DNA of 64,000 nt, from positions 64,001 through 128,000 of IMG/VR virus record IMGVR_UViG_3300035670_000033. One strand, given 5' to 3'. The notes under the pieces were generated by a model. That model worked only from the letters and a program-made list of their open reading frames with translations. It was not told where the DNA came from and searched no databases. Shown here piece after piece: positions 36,102-44,831 of the stretch; the first letter of the stretch is position 1, and each line of letters starts with the position of its first letter. This stretch comes from a virus. The translations under genes and the position numbers were made by a program.

Positions 36102-38201
36102 TTACATTGAGTCCATAATGTTGAGAAGCGCATCAAAGGCATCATCTTCAACATCACCGATTTCAACTTGTACACCCTCTTCCGTGACTTCTGATTTCAT
36201 CTGATAATAATCCAAAATCGGATCAAGAAGTTCTTTCACTTCATACAGGGAGTGCTCCGACGAGGAGATGAGAAGCATTTCTTTTTCATCACCCAACAGT
36301 GATTTTGCTTCAATATCCGAAGAAACGCCACCAGCATTAAGAACTTCTTTTAGAAGATTGAAAGCGTTTTGCAGTTTTGTCATATTGCGAGAATTAATGA
36401 CTCGTCCTGCCTTCACCTCAATGTCTTCGTCGGCATCTTTGCCCATAAGTTCCGAAATAGCCGCCATAAGCATGCCCATCATTTGCTTTGGGTCTTTGCC
36501 CCCGCCGCCACAACCACAGTCGTCATCGTCTCCGTCTCGGGAGTATGGCATCTCTACAACGCCACCATTATCATCGTCGCCTTCCATGACCCAATTGTCT
36601 TTATCAGCCATGTAGTTGATGAAATCTGGTTCAGCGTTCATGAATTCCTTAAGAGCCTCATACGCTTTTTCGTTGCCCTCGTCTTCGTTCTCAAACTCAA
36701 CATCTTCCATTTTCATGGTTTCTTCTGTTTCATCTGATTCAGCCAAACGACTAGCCATAGCCTCCATCATTTCATAACCCTTTTCCTCAGAGTCAAGGAA
36801 GTCAAATATTGACTTGATTTCTTCTTCAGTCATGGATTCAATAGACTTTCCGGGTTTGAGCACTCCGCCGAGACGGTTATTAAACTCACTGTCATCCCAA
36901 TTTCGTTTGCGTAGTTTTCCACGACAATTCTTCATGCCCGGATGATGGCATCCTTCGTTCGGCCAGAGACCCGTTGTTTCGTGATGCAACCAAGCACAGA
37001 TATTGCTCAACGGGTAAAGTTCTGGATGATTTGCAAGGATTACTCGGCATCGGCGGAATCCGCCCGGCTTGCGCATGATTGGGCGCCAGTAGCGAAGTAG
37101 TTTTTCAAGGTTCCCACGACGCGGACCGTATCCACGGGTTCGTGCGGTAACAATTTCCTGAGGGATTATTCCGCCAAGTGGGTCAGCCTTTTCAGGTGAC
37201 TTTGGCTTAACACCAGCAGGTACTTGTGGGTCTTCATCCATGCGGTAGCGGTCTTCATAACGGCGTTCACCATCAGACCCGCTAGGCGTATCGCCGTCTG
37301 CGTTGATATAGACGGTTTGTGGCTTAACCCTTGTTGGTTCGCCGAACATGAACTGTCCATCTTCAAAATGGTAGGAGACACGCATAGTGGTAATTCCACC
37401 CTGTTCGCCTCTGTGGTCAAAGATGACGCTGTTCGCATCTGATTCCCTTAACCGTACTGCTCCACCAAACTTCTTCGCTAAAGCAAGCGGAAGGTTCTCT
37501 TTGCGTCCCTTTGCTGGCATTGGAGCATCAACCGCATCATCATCTTCTTCTTCACGAGGCTTCTGCCTGTTCATGCTGTTAGCGAGAATACGCATAAGCA
37601 AAGAACGACCTTGTTCTGTTAACTTGCCATCACCATCGCGCATTTGACCTTTGATTTCAGAATCATCTGTTTGATTTTCAACCGACTTTATTGAAATCGT
37701 GCCAGTCAGTTGGTTTGCGCCATGAAGCACAGGGCTTGCTTCATAGAGTTCAACTTTTTTCAAAACATTTGCTTGACGCTGTGGGTCAAAGTCCGCATCT
37801 AGAGTCTTGTAGCCAATTGACCATTCTTGTTCTTCGCCAAAGAAAGCAACATCAGCGAAAGCCTGTCGTCCTCGTTCGGACTTCAGGTTGAACTGAACTT
37901 TCGCGTACAGACCGCCGATACCAGCGGCGCGCATTTTGATAGGAAGTCGTGGGTCAGAAGGTGGAACTTCATACATTTCAAGGACTTTGCCGATTGGCTC
38001 ATTCCAGTTGTGTCCCCATACAACACGGGGTTTGCGCCTTTTCAGGCTTTCCGTGAACGCGCCGGGGACGATGATGTCGCCTACAGAGTCCTTGTTGCCA
38101 ATTCCCGCGACGAAACATTCAACAACGCCGAGTGCCTCGTCAATATTGAATTGACCCTGAAGGGCTTTATATTGCTGTGTTTCTGATAATGCTGTTGGCA
38201 T
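36102..38201 (-). CDS. HK97-type prohead (capsid maturation) protease with long C-terminal extensions
   Basis: GNKDSVGDIIVPGAF, VVWGHNWNEPIG, GGLYAKVQFNL, EWSIGY, LYEASPVLHGAN; then a YW...GGFRRC...CAWLHHETTGLWP module and EVK|AGRVINSRN; start MPTAL (GGAG SD). Confidence 0.88.
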   Translation of the reverse strand: MPTALSETQQYKALQGQFNIDEALGVVECFVAGIGNKDSVGDIIVPGAFTESLKRRKPRVVWGHNWNEPIGKVLEMYEVPPSDPRLPIKMRAAGIGGLYAKVQFNLKSERGRQAFADVAFFGEEQEWSIGYKTLDADFDPQRQANVLKKVELYEASPVLHGANQLTGTISIKSVENQTDDSEIKGQMRDGDGKLTEQGRSLLMRILANSMNRQKPREEEDDDAVDAPMPAKGRKENLPLALAKKFGGAVRLRESDANSVIFDHRGEQGGITTMRVSYHFEDGQFMFGEPTRVKPQTVYINADGDTPSGSDGERRYEDRYRMDEDPQVPAGVKPKSPEKADPLGGIIPQEIVTARTRGYGPRRGNLEKLLRYWRPIMRKPGGFRRCRVILANHPELYPLSNICAWLHHETTGLWPNEGCHHPGMKNCRGKLRKRNWDDSEFNNRLGGVLKPGKSIESMTEEEIKSIFDFLDSEEKGYEMMEAMASRLAESDETEETMKMEDVEFENEDEGNEKAYEALKEFMNAEPDFINYMADKDNWVMEGDDDNGGVVEMPYSRDGDDDDCGCGGGGKDPKQMMGMLMAAISELMGKDADEDIEVKAGRVINSRNMTKLQNAFNLLKEVLNAGGVSSDIEAKSLLGDEKEMLLISSSEHSLYEVKELLDPILDYYQMKSEVTEEGVQVEIGDVEDDAFDALLNIMDSM

Positions 38202-38293
38202 GACGCTCCATATATGTTGGTTTATAAACAATAAACCATTTGAAGCGTCAAAAAAGGAACACTTTCAGTATAACTAGGTTATTTTACTGAAAA

Positions 38294-40504
38294 CTACTCT
38301 TTGTCAAACCCGAAACGAAGACGACAACGACAATTAAATGTAAGCGCAGGTGGCGCTATCGGATCACCCGGAAATCGCAACATCATTCCGTCAACAACAA
38401 AACCATCACCAAATTTAACGGTTTTGCCTTCAAGGAACTTGTGAGCGTTGCGAACACGGGAATCTTTTCTAGTCAGCCAAGTCTTAGTGAAACCACCCTG
38501 ACTGTCTTTACCCGCTAAATAAACACCGCCGTTGTACGAAGCCTGAGCCTCATGTTCAGCAATGTCCCTTTTCCTCTTGGAAATAAGTTTCAAAAATATC
38601 GCTATCAAAGCCAACCTCAAAAGAGTGGATCGTTCCTCTTGGTCTGCTTCCATCATGGCAACAGCGATCGCCGCGGCTATCTCTTCTGCTGTCCCCGTGT
38701 TGGCTTGTTGCATCCGCTCTATTTGCTGTTGCGCAAGTTTTTCAACTTCCTGTGGTTCAAGCGCGACTTGCTCACTGGTTCGCGACGCCACATATTCCTT
38801 GGCGTCAACATAAATCGCGGAGATAATTGGCTCCAGGTCATCTTCTAATTGCTTGTTCCAAATCTCGGGATCAAAAACCATGTCAACAGTAAGCGCTCCG
38901 CTAGCCAGTGCTTTCACGCCACGCTTACCAAACGCTTTTTCCATGACCACTCGTTGCTGTCTTTCAAATAGTCGCTCTAAAGCGCGATCAAGTATTTCCG
39001 TCCACCTGTCAGTATCTGTGTCGGCTTTGGTTTCAATTTCCTCAACGAACTTAAGTTGCATCTCATGTTGAATTTTTTCAAACTCTGAGAGTTGTTGATC
39101 AGGCGTGAGAGCCGCTGTTTCTGTTGGTGCTTCCGCTGGCATATCTGGCGCTGGCACTGGTGCAGGTGGAGCGGGTGGCGGTATAGCCATTGCACCATCT
39201 TGAGGTGGAAGACCGCCGGGTACTGCATTCGGATCAACACCAGCCATATCAACAGGCTGTTGTTCTTCAGGTTTGAACGGCTTCTCCGTGTTCGCGATAG
39301 GCGTGAGGTTCGGGTTAGAGAGAAGCGAATCCGCAAGTTCTGATTCAACTTTTTTTCTTCCTGTTGCCGTACGGTACTCGTTCAACGAAATGAGACCCTG
39401 TTGAAATTCGTCCATTACATATCGTTCGCGTTCTTGTTTAGCAAGAATCAAAATAGGAATGTCGTCGGTATCAAAGTCAACATAATATTTATCGTCAAGT
39501 TCATCAAGCGCACGAGCAATCGTGTGCAGGTGAGGAGCCATTGTCTCCATCCAAAAAACACGCAGTTCTTCTGACGCATTTGAGAAAGTTCTTCCAGCGG
39601 CGTTACCGATTACTGACTCTGGCACTCCGAACGCGGCAAAGATTTCGTTCTTCTGTATTTCTCTCATTTGCGAGTAGGCGGCATCTCGCGGTGATGCGGA
39701 GGTGTCTACATAGTCAACTCCTGCTTCAGATGCAATAACTGTTGTAGAACCAGTCTTGGAAAGGTTGCCCCTGAAACGGTTTTTCAATTCTTGTTTATCG
39801 TCGTCTTCCATGTCGCCACGAACAACTAGCAAACCGCCGGGTCGTCCATCGTTCAACAAGTAGTTCCTGTTATACAGTTTTGACAGAGTTTCTAATTCAA
39901 TTGCTATACCAGCAGATTCCATTGGTGTCATGGAAAGGTATGGATCTAATGGGTGGGGTCGGCGAATCCAACAAACATCTTCTGGCTTAAGAACAAACTT
40001 TGTTCCGTTGCGCATATCAACTTCAAAACCTGCAACAAATCTTTTAGGGTCAGGGATCGGTGCAGTGAATTGAGGCGGAAGAAGTTGCAGAGCAATAATT
40101 TTCCCGTCTCGCGAGCGAACCTTCTCAATGAATACGCCTCTTGTGCTCATCAAAAGTTGAGCGGAAATTCTGTAGCGGAAAGCGAATGAGTTTTCACCTT
40201 CATTGGACTTGGAGTTAAAAATCTCTAGTAGTGACTCGTTGCTCTTTGTTTTTTCTCCACGCTGATCATTGCCTTTTCGCAAGATGACAGGAAGTCGCGC
40301 TTGGTTTCCTGCGATTGCATCTATGCATCGGAAAACCCATGTAACTTTTTGCATGCCGTCGCGATATGCGCGTTCAATGTCCCAACCGTCTTTGTACGGT
40401 TTGCCTTGGCGTGAAACATCAAATGCAACTGGTGCGCCGGGGTTTGACATTGCCTTTTCAGCAAAGTTCCTGAGATCCTTATTGTTATTGCTGTTCCAAG
40501 CCAT
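38294..40504 (-). CDS. Portal protein fused to a C-terminal MuF-like (SPP1 gp7-like) minor head domain
   Basis: Portal: WVFRCIDAIA, YNRNYLLNDGRPGG, IFAAFGVP...N.SN; Pro-rich linker; MuF: KTWLTRKDSRVRNAH...LRFPGDP...NCRCRL. Confidence 0.88.
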   Translation of the reverse strand: MAWNSNNNKDLRNFAEKAMSNPGAPVAFDVSRQGKPYKDGWDIERAYRDGMQKVTWVFRCIDAIAGNQARLPVILRKGNDQRGEKTKSNESLLEIFNSKSNEGENSFAFRYRISAQLLMSTRGVFIEKVRSRDGKIIALQLLPPQFTAPIPDPKRFVAGFEVDMRNGTKFVLKPEDVCWIRRPHPLDPYLSMTPMESAGIAIELETLSKLYNRNYLLNDGRPGGLLVVRGDMEDDDKQELKNRFRGNLSKTGSTTVIASEAGVDYVDTSASPRDAAYSQMREIQKNEIFAAFGVPESVIGNAAGRTFSNASEELRVFWMETMAPHLHTIARALDELDDKYYVDFDTDDIPILILAKQERERYVMDEFQQGLISLNEYRTATGRKKVESELADSLLSNPNLTPIANTEKPFKPEEQQPVDMAGVDPNAVPGGLPPQDGAMAIPPPAPPAPVPAPDMPAEAPTETAALTPDQQLSEFEKIQHEMQLKFVEEIETKADTDTDRWTEILDRALERLFERQQRVVMEKAFGKRGVKALASGALTVDMVFDPEIWNKQLEDDLEPIISAIYVDAKEYVASRTSEQVALEPQEVEKLAQQQIERMQQANTGTAEEIAAAIAVAMMEADQEERSTLLRLALIAIFLKLISKRKRDIAEHEAQASYNGGVYLAGKDSQGGFTKTWLTRKDSRVRNAHKFLEGKTVKFGDGFVVDGMMLRFPGDPIAPPALTFNCRCRLRFGFDKE

Positions 40505-40680
40505 TATTCAGATCCCAACAGATACCCATAGATTCCGCAAGCAACTCCACCAGTGATAAATCCCGCAGGGAGAAATATGAGACCAGTACCTAAAGAAACA
40601 CCTACGACGAATAGAAACATCAGACAGTTTGCTAGGTTGCGGCGTGTAGCGAATAACTTTAGTTTGCGATAAATATCCAT
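40504..40680 (-). CDS. Small two-TM membrane protein preceding the portal
   Basis: Hand-translated MDIYRKLKLFATRRNLANCLMFLFVVGVSLGTGLIFLPAGFITGGVACGIYGYLLGSE*; stop overlaps the portal ATG. Confidence 0.6.
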   Translation of the reverse strand: MDIYRKLKLFATRRNLANCLMFLFVVGVSLGTGLIFLPAGFITGGVACGIYGYLLGSE

Positions 40681-40754
40681 TTAGACCGTCACCTTAGCAA
40701 ATGAAAGACCTATTTAATACTACATTATGTATCTATCCACATTTACGAGGACAC

Positions 40755-42062
40755 ATGACCGCTGACTGGAATAAAGTTTACGAGTATCTACAACCGAAGG
40801 AACCTTTGTATTGTCCTGAAGGGGCATCGTTAACTCAGAAAGTATTTTTGCGGAGTTATTCACTTGAAGGTCTTTTTGGTGGAGCGGCTGGTGGGGGCAA
40901 AAGCAGCGCCTTGCTTATGGCGGCTTTGCAATATGTGGATGTCCCAAATTACTCTGCAATTCTCTTTCGTCGTACTTACGCCGACTTGGCTTTGCCGGGT
41001 GCTTTGATGGATCGTTTCCGAAATTGGGTTATGTCCTATGAGGATGTTCATTGGAACGCGAATAGTTATGTGGCTACTTTCCCTTCTGGTGCTCGTGTTT
41101 CATTCGGTTATCTGAATAATACGAACGATTATCTGCGATATAAGGGTTCGGAGTTTCAGTTCATAGGTATGGATGAGGTCACCGAAATTCGCGAAAGTGA
41201 CTACAGGTATATGTTCTCCCGTTTGCGTCGTCCTGCTTCTGGTCCGCTTTCCAAGGTTCCACTGCGGATGCGTTCGGCTTCAAACCCTGCCCCTAATTGG
41301 GTTCGCCAACGCTTTATTGTGGAAGGCAAAAATGAACAGAGATTTTTTGTACCCTCATTTTTAACTGATAACCCAGGAATTGACGCCGAGTCCTACCGTC
41401 AAGCATTGTCCGTTCTTGACCCTGTTGAGCGAAAAAGGCTTGAGTTTGGCGACTGGTGGGCTACAACTCTTGGAACATTGTTTGACAGAACTGATTTCCC
41501 CATTATTGACGGTTCAGATGTCCCCGAAATCACTAGTAGCGCCCGCGCCGTACGATATTGGGACTTGGCGGCTACCGAGCCCCATTCAGGGAATACTGAC
41601 CCTGACTGGACGGTGGGTACTCTCATGTTGTTTGACCAAGGAATTGCTTATGTTATGGATGTCCGCAAAATTAGGGCTAAATCAGACAAGGTGGAGTCCT
41701 TCATCTCTCAAACAGCCCAAGAAGACGGCAAAGCGGTGGCAATCAGAATGGAGCAGGAACCCGGATCTTCAGGAAAAGCCCTAATTGATCAATATGCACG
41801 GTATGTCGTTCCGGGCTGGGACTTGCAGGGCATCAGGTCGTCGGGGGATAAAGAAACGAGGGCGAGACCGTTCGCCGCGGCTGTAGCAAACGGAAATGTT
41901 CGCTTGGTGCGAGGCAAGTGGATAACTGATTGGCTTGACGAAATTTCTTCGTTTCCTGAGGCTTGCAACCATGATGACCAAGTTGACTCTGCGGTTGGAG
42001 CATTTACTTTTTTAACTGGATTGGGGTTGCCACAGAGGAAAAGAGCCACTATCATCGTGTGA
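40755..42062 (+). CDS. terL: Terminase large subunit
   Basis: LFGGAAGGGKS (Walker A), FIGMDEVT (Walker B), RSASNP, RYWDLAAT...DWTVG, HDDQVDS; start MTADW with GAGG SD. Confidence 0.92.
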   Translation: MTADWNKVYEYLQPKEPLYCPEGASLTQKVFLRSYSLEGLFGGAAGGGKSSALLMAALQYVDVPNYSAILFRRTYADLALPGALMDRFRNWVMSYEDVHWNANSYVATFPSGARVSFGYLNNTNDYLRYKGSEFQFIGMDEVTEIRESDYRYMFSRLRRPASGPLSKVPLRMRSASNPAPNWVRQRFIVEGKNEQRFFVPSFLTDNPGIDAESYRQALSVLDPVERKRLEFGDWWATTLGTLFDRTDFPIIDGSDVPEITSSARAVRYWDLAATEPHSGNTDPDWTVGTLMLFDQGIAYVMDVRKIRAKSDKVESFISQTAQEDGKAVAIRMEQEPGSSGKALIDQYARYVVPGWDLQGIRSSGDKETRARPFAAAVANGNVRLVRGKWITDWLDEISSFPEACNHDDQVDSAVGAFTFLTGLGLPQRKRATIIV

Positions 42063-42101
42063 GATAAACCTATACCACTATTGCCCGAAAGGAATAGAAA
42101 T

Positions 42102-42353
42102 ATGAAAAAGACCCTAAAACCACCAACAAAAACACAGTTACGAACTGCCACCAATCAAAGCAAGACAGTTATTTCTGAGTGGGTTAGGAACTCTCGCACG
42201 ACACTTGAACTCAGTCAAGAAGGTTTGGCTGAAATCGCAGGCGTTGATCGCAAGACAATTAACCGAATTGAAAACGGACACTTCTCGCCAAGCATTGATA
42301 CTTTGGTAAGAATTTCTGTATCTCTCAACTCAAAAATCCCTGCACTCGTATGA
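42102..42353 (+). CDS. XRE/Cro-family HTH regulator
   Basis: LSQEGLAEIAGVDRKTINRIENGHFSPSIDTL; TTGCCA-N17-TATCAT promoter at 42027-42055. Confidence 0.85.
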   Translation: MKKTLKPPTKTQLRTATNQSKTVISEWVRNSRTTLELSQEGLAEIAGVDRKTINRIENGHFSPSIDTLVRISVSLNSKIPALV

Positions 42354-42856
42354 GCAATTGGGATAATGAAAATCTAGCACCATTTGTTGAGATCCGAAAA
42401 GCCCTTATGGCTATCGGTGACAAGGCTTTGGACAACCTAGATCAGGATGATGAACAACTTTGGTTTGACACACTCGTCTTGCTTCACTCTGTCAAGAGCG
42501 ATATTGCGAATATTTTCACGCAGTACTCAAATTTGATTGCTACCAAACTTGAAAAAGATGAGGCAACAGCATCAAATGGTCAAAAGATTGAGAAAAAATC
42601 AGCGTTTGACCGCAAGGGTTGGAAGCATGAAGACCTCGCTTCAGAGGTTCTGCGCAGACTAAATGACCTGTCTGTTGACATGGACACAGGCGAAGTTGTG
42701 ATGTCTTCTAGCGAGATTGCGATGAAACTTCTTGACTATGTACAACCATCGTATTGGCGCATAAAAGAATTGTCCAAACTTGGAATCAACGCAGATCAAT
42801 ACTGTGAAGTCGGAGAACTAAAAACAAGCATTATCGTACGAAAGGAACAATCATGA
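42350..42856 (+). CDS. Hypothetical protein
   Basis: 168 aa, coupled to the recombination genes. Confidence 0.55.
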   Translation: MSNWDNENLAPFVEIRKALMAIGDKALDNLDQDDEQLWFDTLVLLHSVKSDIANIFTQYSNLIATKLEKDEATASNGQKIEKKSAFDRKGWKHEDLASEVLRRLNDLSVDMDTGEVVMSSSEIAMKLLDYVQPSYWRIKELSKLGINADQYCEVGELKTSIIVRKEQS

Positions 42857-43548
42857 GTAACATTTATTCACAGTTAACGGAATACTTTCCACCAGAGATG
42901 GAGAAGCGTCTCAACAAGGGTGGCGCGAACTTGGTGTACATCCCAATCAGCGAAGTGATCAACCGAATGAACAAGGTTCTCGGTGTAGAAAATTGGTCAT
43001 TCACTGTGAAGAACTGGCAACAACTTGGAACTTCCATCGTTGCACATGTTTCTGTTGTAGCCACGATTGATGGCAATGTGGTCACTCGTGAAGGTGTGGG
43101 TGGGCAGAAAATCAAGATGTCCAAAAACGGTGATCCTGTTGACATTGGCGACGAGGTTAAGGGTGCGGTTTCTGATGCCCTGAAAAAGGCTGTACAGACT
43201 CTCGGCATCGGTCTTTACCTTGCTCGCTCTGAAGAAGCAATTGAAATAGAGCACGCAATTGATGCCACCGCTATTACACCATTGGCACCTGTGGTTTCAC
43301 CAAAGTACACACAGTTCAAGTCGTTGCTTGAGTCAAAAGAAGAGAATAAAGCAAAGATTAAGACTTTTTGGTCTAACTATGGTGGCGGTCGTCCAGTACC
43401 AAAGCCTTCAGAGTTCACTGAAGAAGAACTTGATGCGCTCATCACCGAATTGATTTCGTATCAGTTTGAGGGGTCTGTGGTCGTAGAGGCAACAGCGCCT
43501 AAAAAGACTAAATCTCCCGAGATGCCACCTCGCAGAGATATTGACTGA
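42853..43548 (+). CDS. Rad52/Rad22 (Sak-like) single-strand annealing protein
   Basis: YIPISEVINRMNKVLGVENWSF, KGAVSDALKKAVQTLGIGLYL. Confidence 0.82.
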   Translation: MSNIYSQLTEYFPPEMEKRLNKGGANLVYIPISEVINRMNKVLGVENWSFTVKNWQQLGTSIVAHVSVVATIDGNVVTREGVGGQKIKMSKNGDPVDIGDEVKGAVSDALKKAVQTLGIGLYLARSEEAIEIEHAIDATAITPLAPVVSPKYTQFKSLLESKEENKAKIKTFWSNYGGGRPVPKPSEFTEEELDALITELISYQFEGSVVVEATAPKKTKSPEMPPRRDID

Positions 43549-44314
43549 TGTGCTCAACGCCCCTGAATATCTTTCGCCGAGTTCTATAGCCACATTTCAT
43601 CAGTGCCCGTTCAAGTACAAACTTTCTCGGATTGATGGACTAAAAGAACCGCCAACAGAACACACACTGTTGGGCAACTATGTCCATTCCATTTTGGAAG
43701 AGTTCTATCGTCTTGAAGCATCTGAACGAACAGTTTTGGGTGCTAGGACATTATTTCGTGCCATTTGGGATGATTACGCAGAAGCGGTGATAGGCATATA
43801 CCGAGGCGACAAGGTTCATGTTGATCAATTTAGGCTCAGGGCTCGCTACTGCGTAGAGAACTTGTTGAAAATGGAACCATCTGATGCAATTGAGTTTGAT
43901 GGCATTGAAACCGAATTGAATCATGCTGTTCTTGGCGTTCAAATCAAAGGATTCATTGACCGTTGGGCTATCAAAGATGGGAAATTAAACATCGGCGATT
44001 ACAAAACAGGAAAAGTCCCACAATTACGGTTTCGCGATGACAAGTTTGATCAACTTTTAATTTATGCGATTATCTTGTCTGAACTTGAAGACAAAGAGAT
44101 CGGCACATTGGAGTTGCTCTACATTAAAGACGGAGTTAGGCTTACCAAAGAACCGACAGAAGAAGATGTAAATAGAATTAAGTCAATGTTAGTAGAAACA
44201 AGAAATTCCATAGATGAACGATGCCAGACTGGTGTTTTTGAAACAAAAGTTGGGGTGTTGTGCGGATGGTGCCATTTTAAACCTATATGTCCTGCATGGA
44301 GCAAAAACAAATGA
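43541..44314 (+). CDS. PD-(D/E)XK RecB/Cas4-like exonuclease with Fe-S staple
   Basis: LSPSSI..F..CPFKY; KGFIDR, IGDYKTGK, QLLIY; CGWCHFKPIC. Confidence 0.85.
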   Translation: MTDVLNAPEYLSPSSIATFHQCPFKYKLSRIDGLKEPPTEHTLLGNYVHSILEEFYRLEASERTVLGARTLFRAIWDDYAEAVIGIYRGDKVHVDQFRLRARYCVENLLKMEPSDAIEFDGIETELNHAVLGVQIKGFIDRWAIKDGKLNIGDYKTGKVPQLRFRDDKFDQLLIYAIILSELEDKEIGTLELLYIKDGVRLTKEPTEEDVNRIKSMLVETRNSIDERCQTGVFETKVGVLCGWCHFKPICPAWSKNK

Positions 44315-44820
44315 ACGATGAAGCATTCTCGCGACTTGTCGCCGAAGAAGTTAAAAACAAAGCATCTGATGCGCAGAAGAAGTACTTGGCGCTACCCGAA
44401 AATTTGGAAAGATGGAAACGGGCGTTGCAATATCTTGCCTCAAACTTGGAAGAGCAGATTGTTGAAATTGACCGTCAAGAAAAAACTCGTTTAACTCAAT
44501 ACGAGGGATTGGGCGCAGAGGGAGATCTTTTGATCGCGGAGGCTTCCGCTAATTCTGCTATTCGTAGATCAAAGATTGATCGCTTCAGGTTCTTCGTTAC
44601 GGCAAAACTTGATGAAGTTACAAGAATTTCTGCATCGTCTTCTGATGAGAATTTATCCGATGATTTTTATCGCAGGGCTATCAAAAAGTGGTGGTCTTTG
44701 ATGGAAGATTTTGAGATGGAACCAACACGAATTGACTATGCGCTTCACGCATCTTTGGATGGCAAATGGGAATTTGATGATTTGAGCCTAGAAAATAATT
44801 TTGACGACTTTGAAGACTAG
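44311..44820 (+). CDS. Hypothetical helical protein
   Basis: ATGA overlap with the exonuclease stop. Confidence 0.55.
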   Translation: MNDEAFSRLVAEEVKNKASDAQKKYLALPENLERWKRALQYLASNLEEQIVEIDRQEKTRLTQYEGLGAEGDLLIAEASANSAIRRSKIDRFRFFVTAKLDEVTRISASSSDENLSDDFYRRAIKKWWSLMEDFEMEPTRIDYALHASLDGKWEFDDLSLENNFDDFED

Positions 44821-44831
44821 GAGATAATCCT

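Noticed and set aside
43541-44314. Cas4-like nuclease as evidence of a CRISPR-Cas locus
   Set aside because: No repeat-spacer array or other cas genes were seen; solo Cas4/RecB-like exonucleases next to an SSAP are ordinary phage recombination genes.
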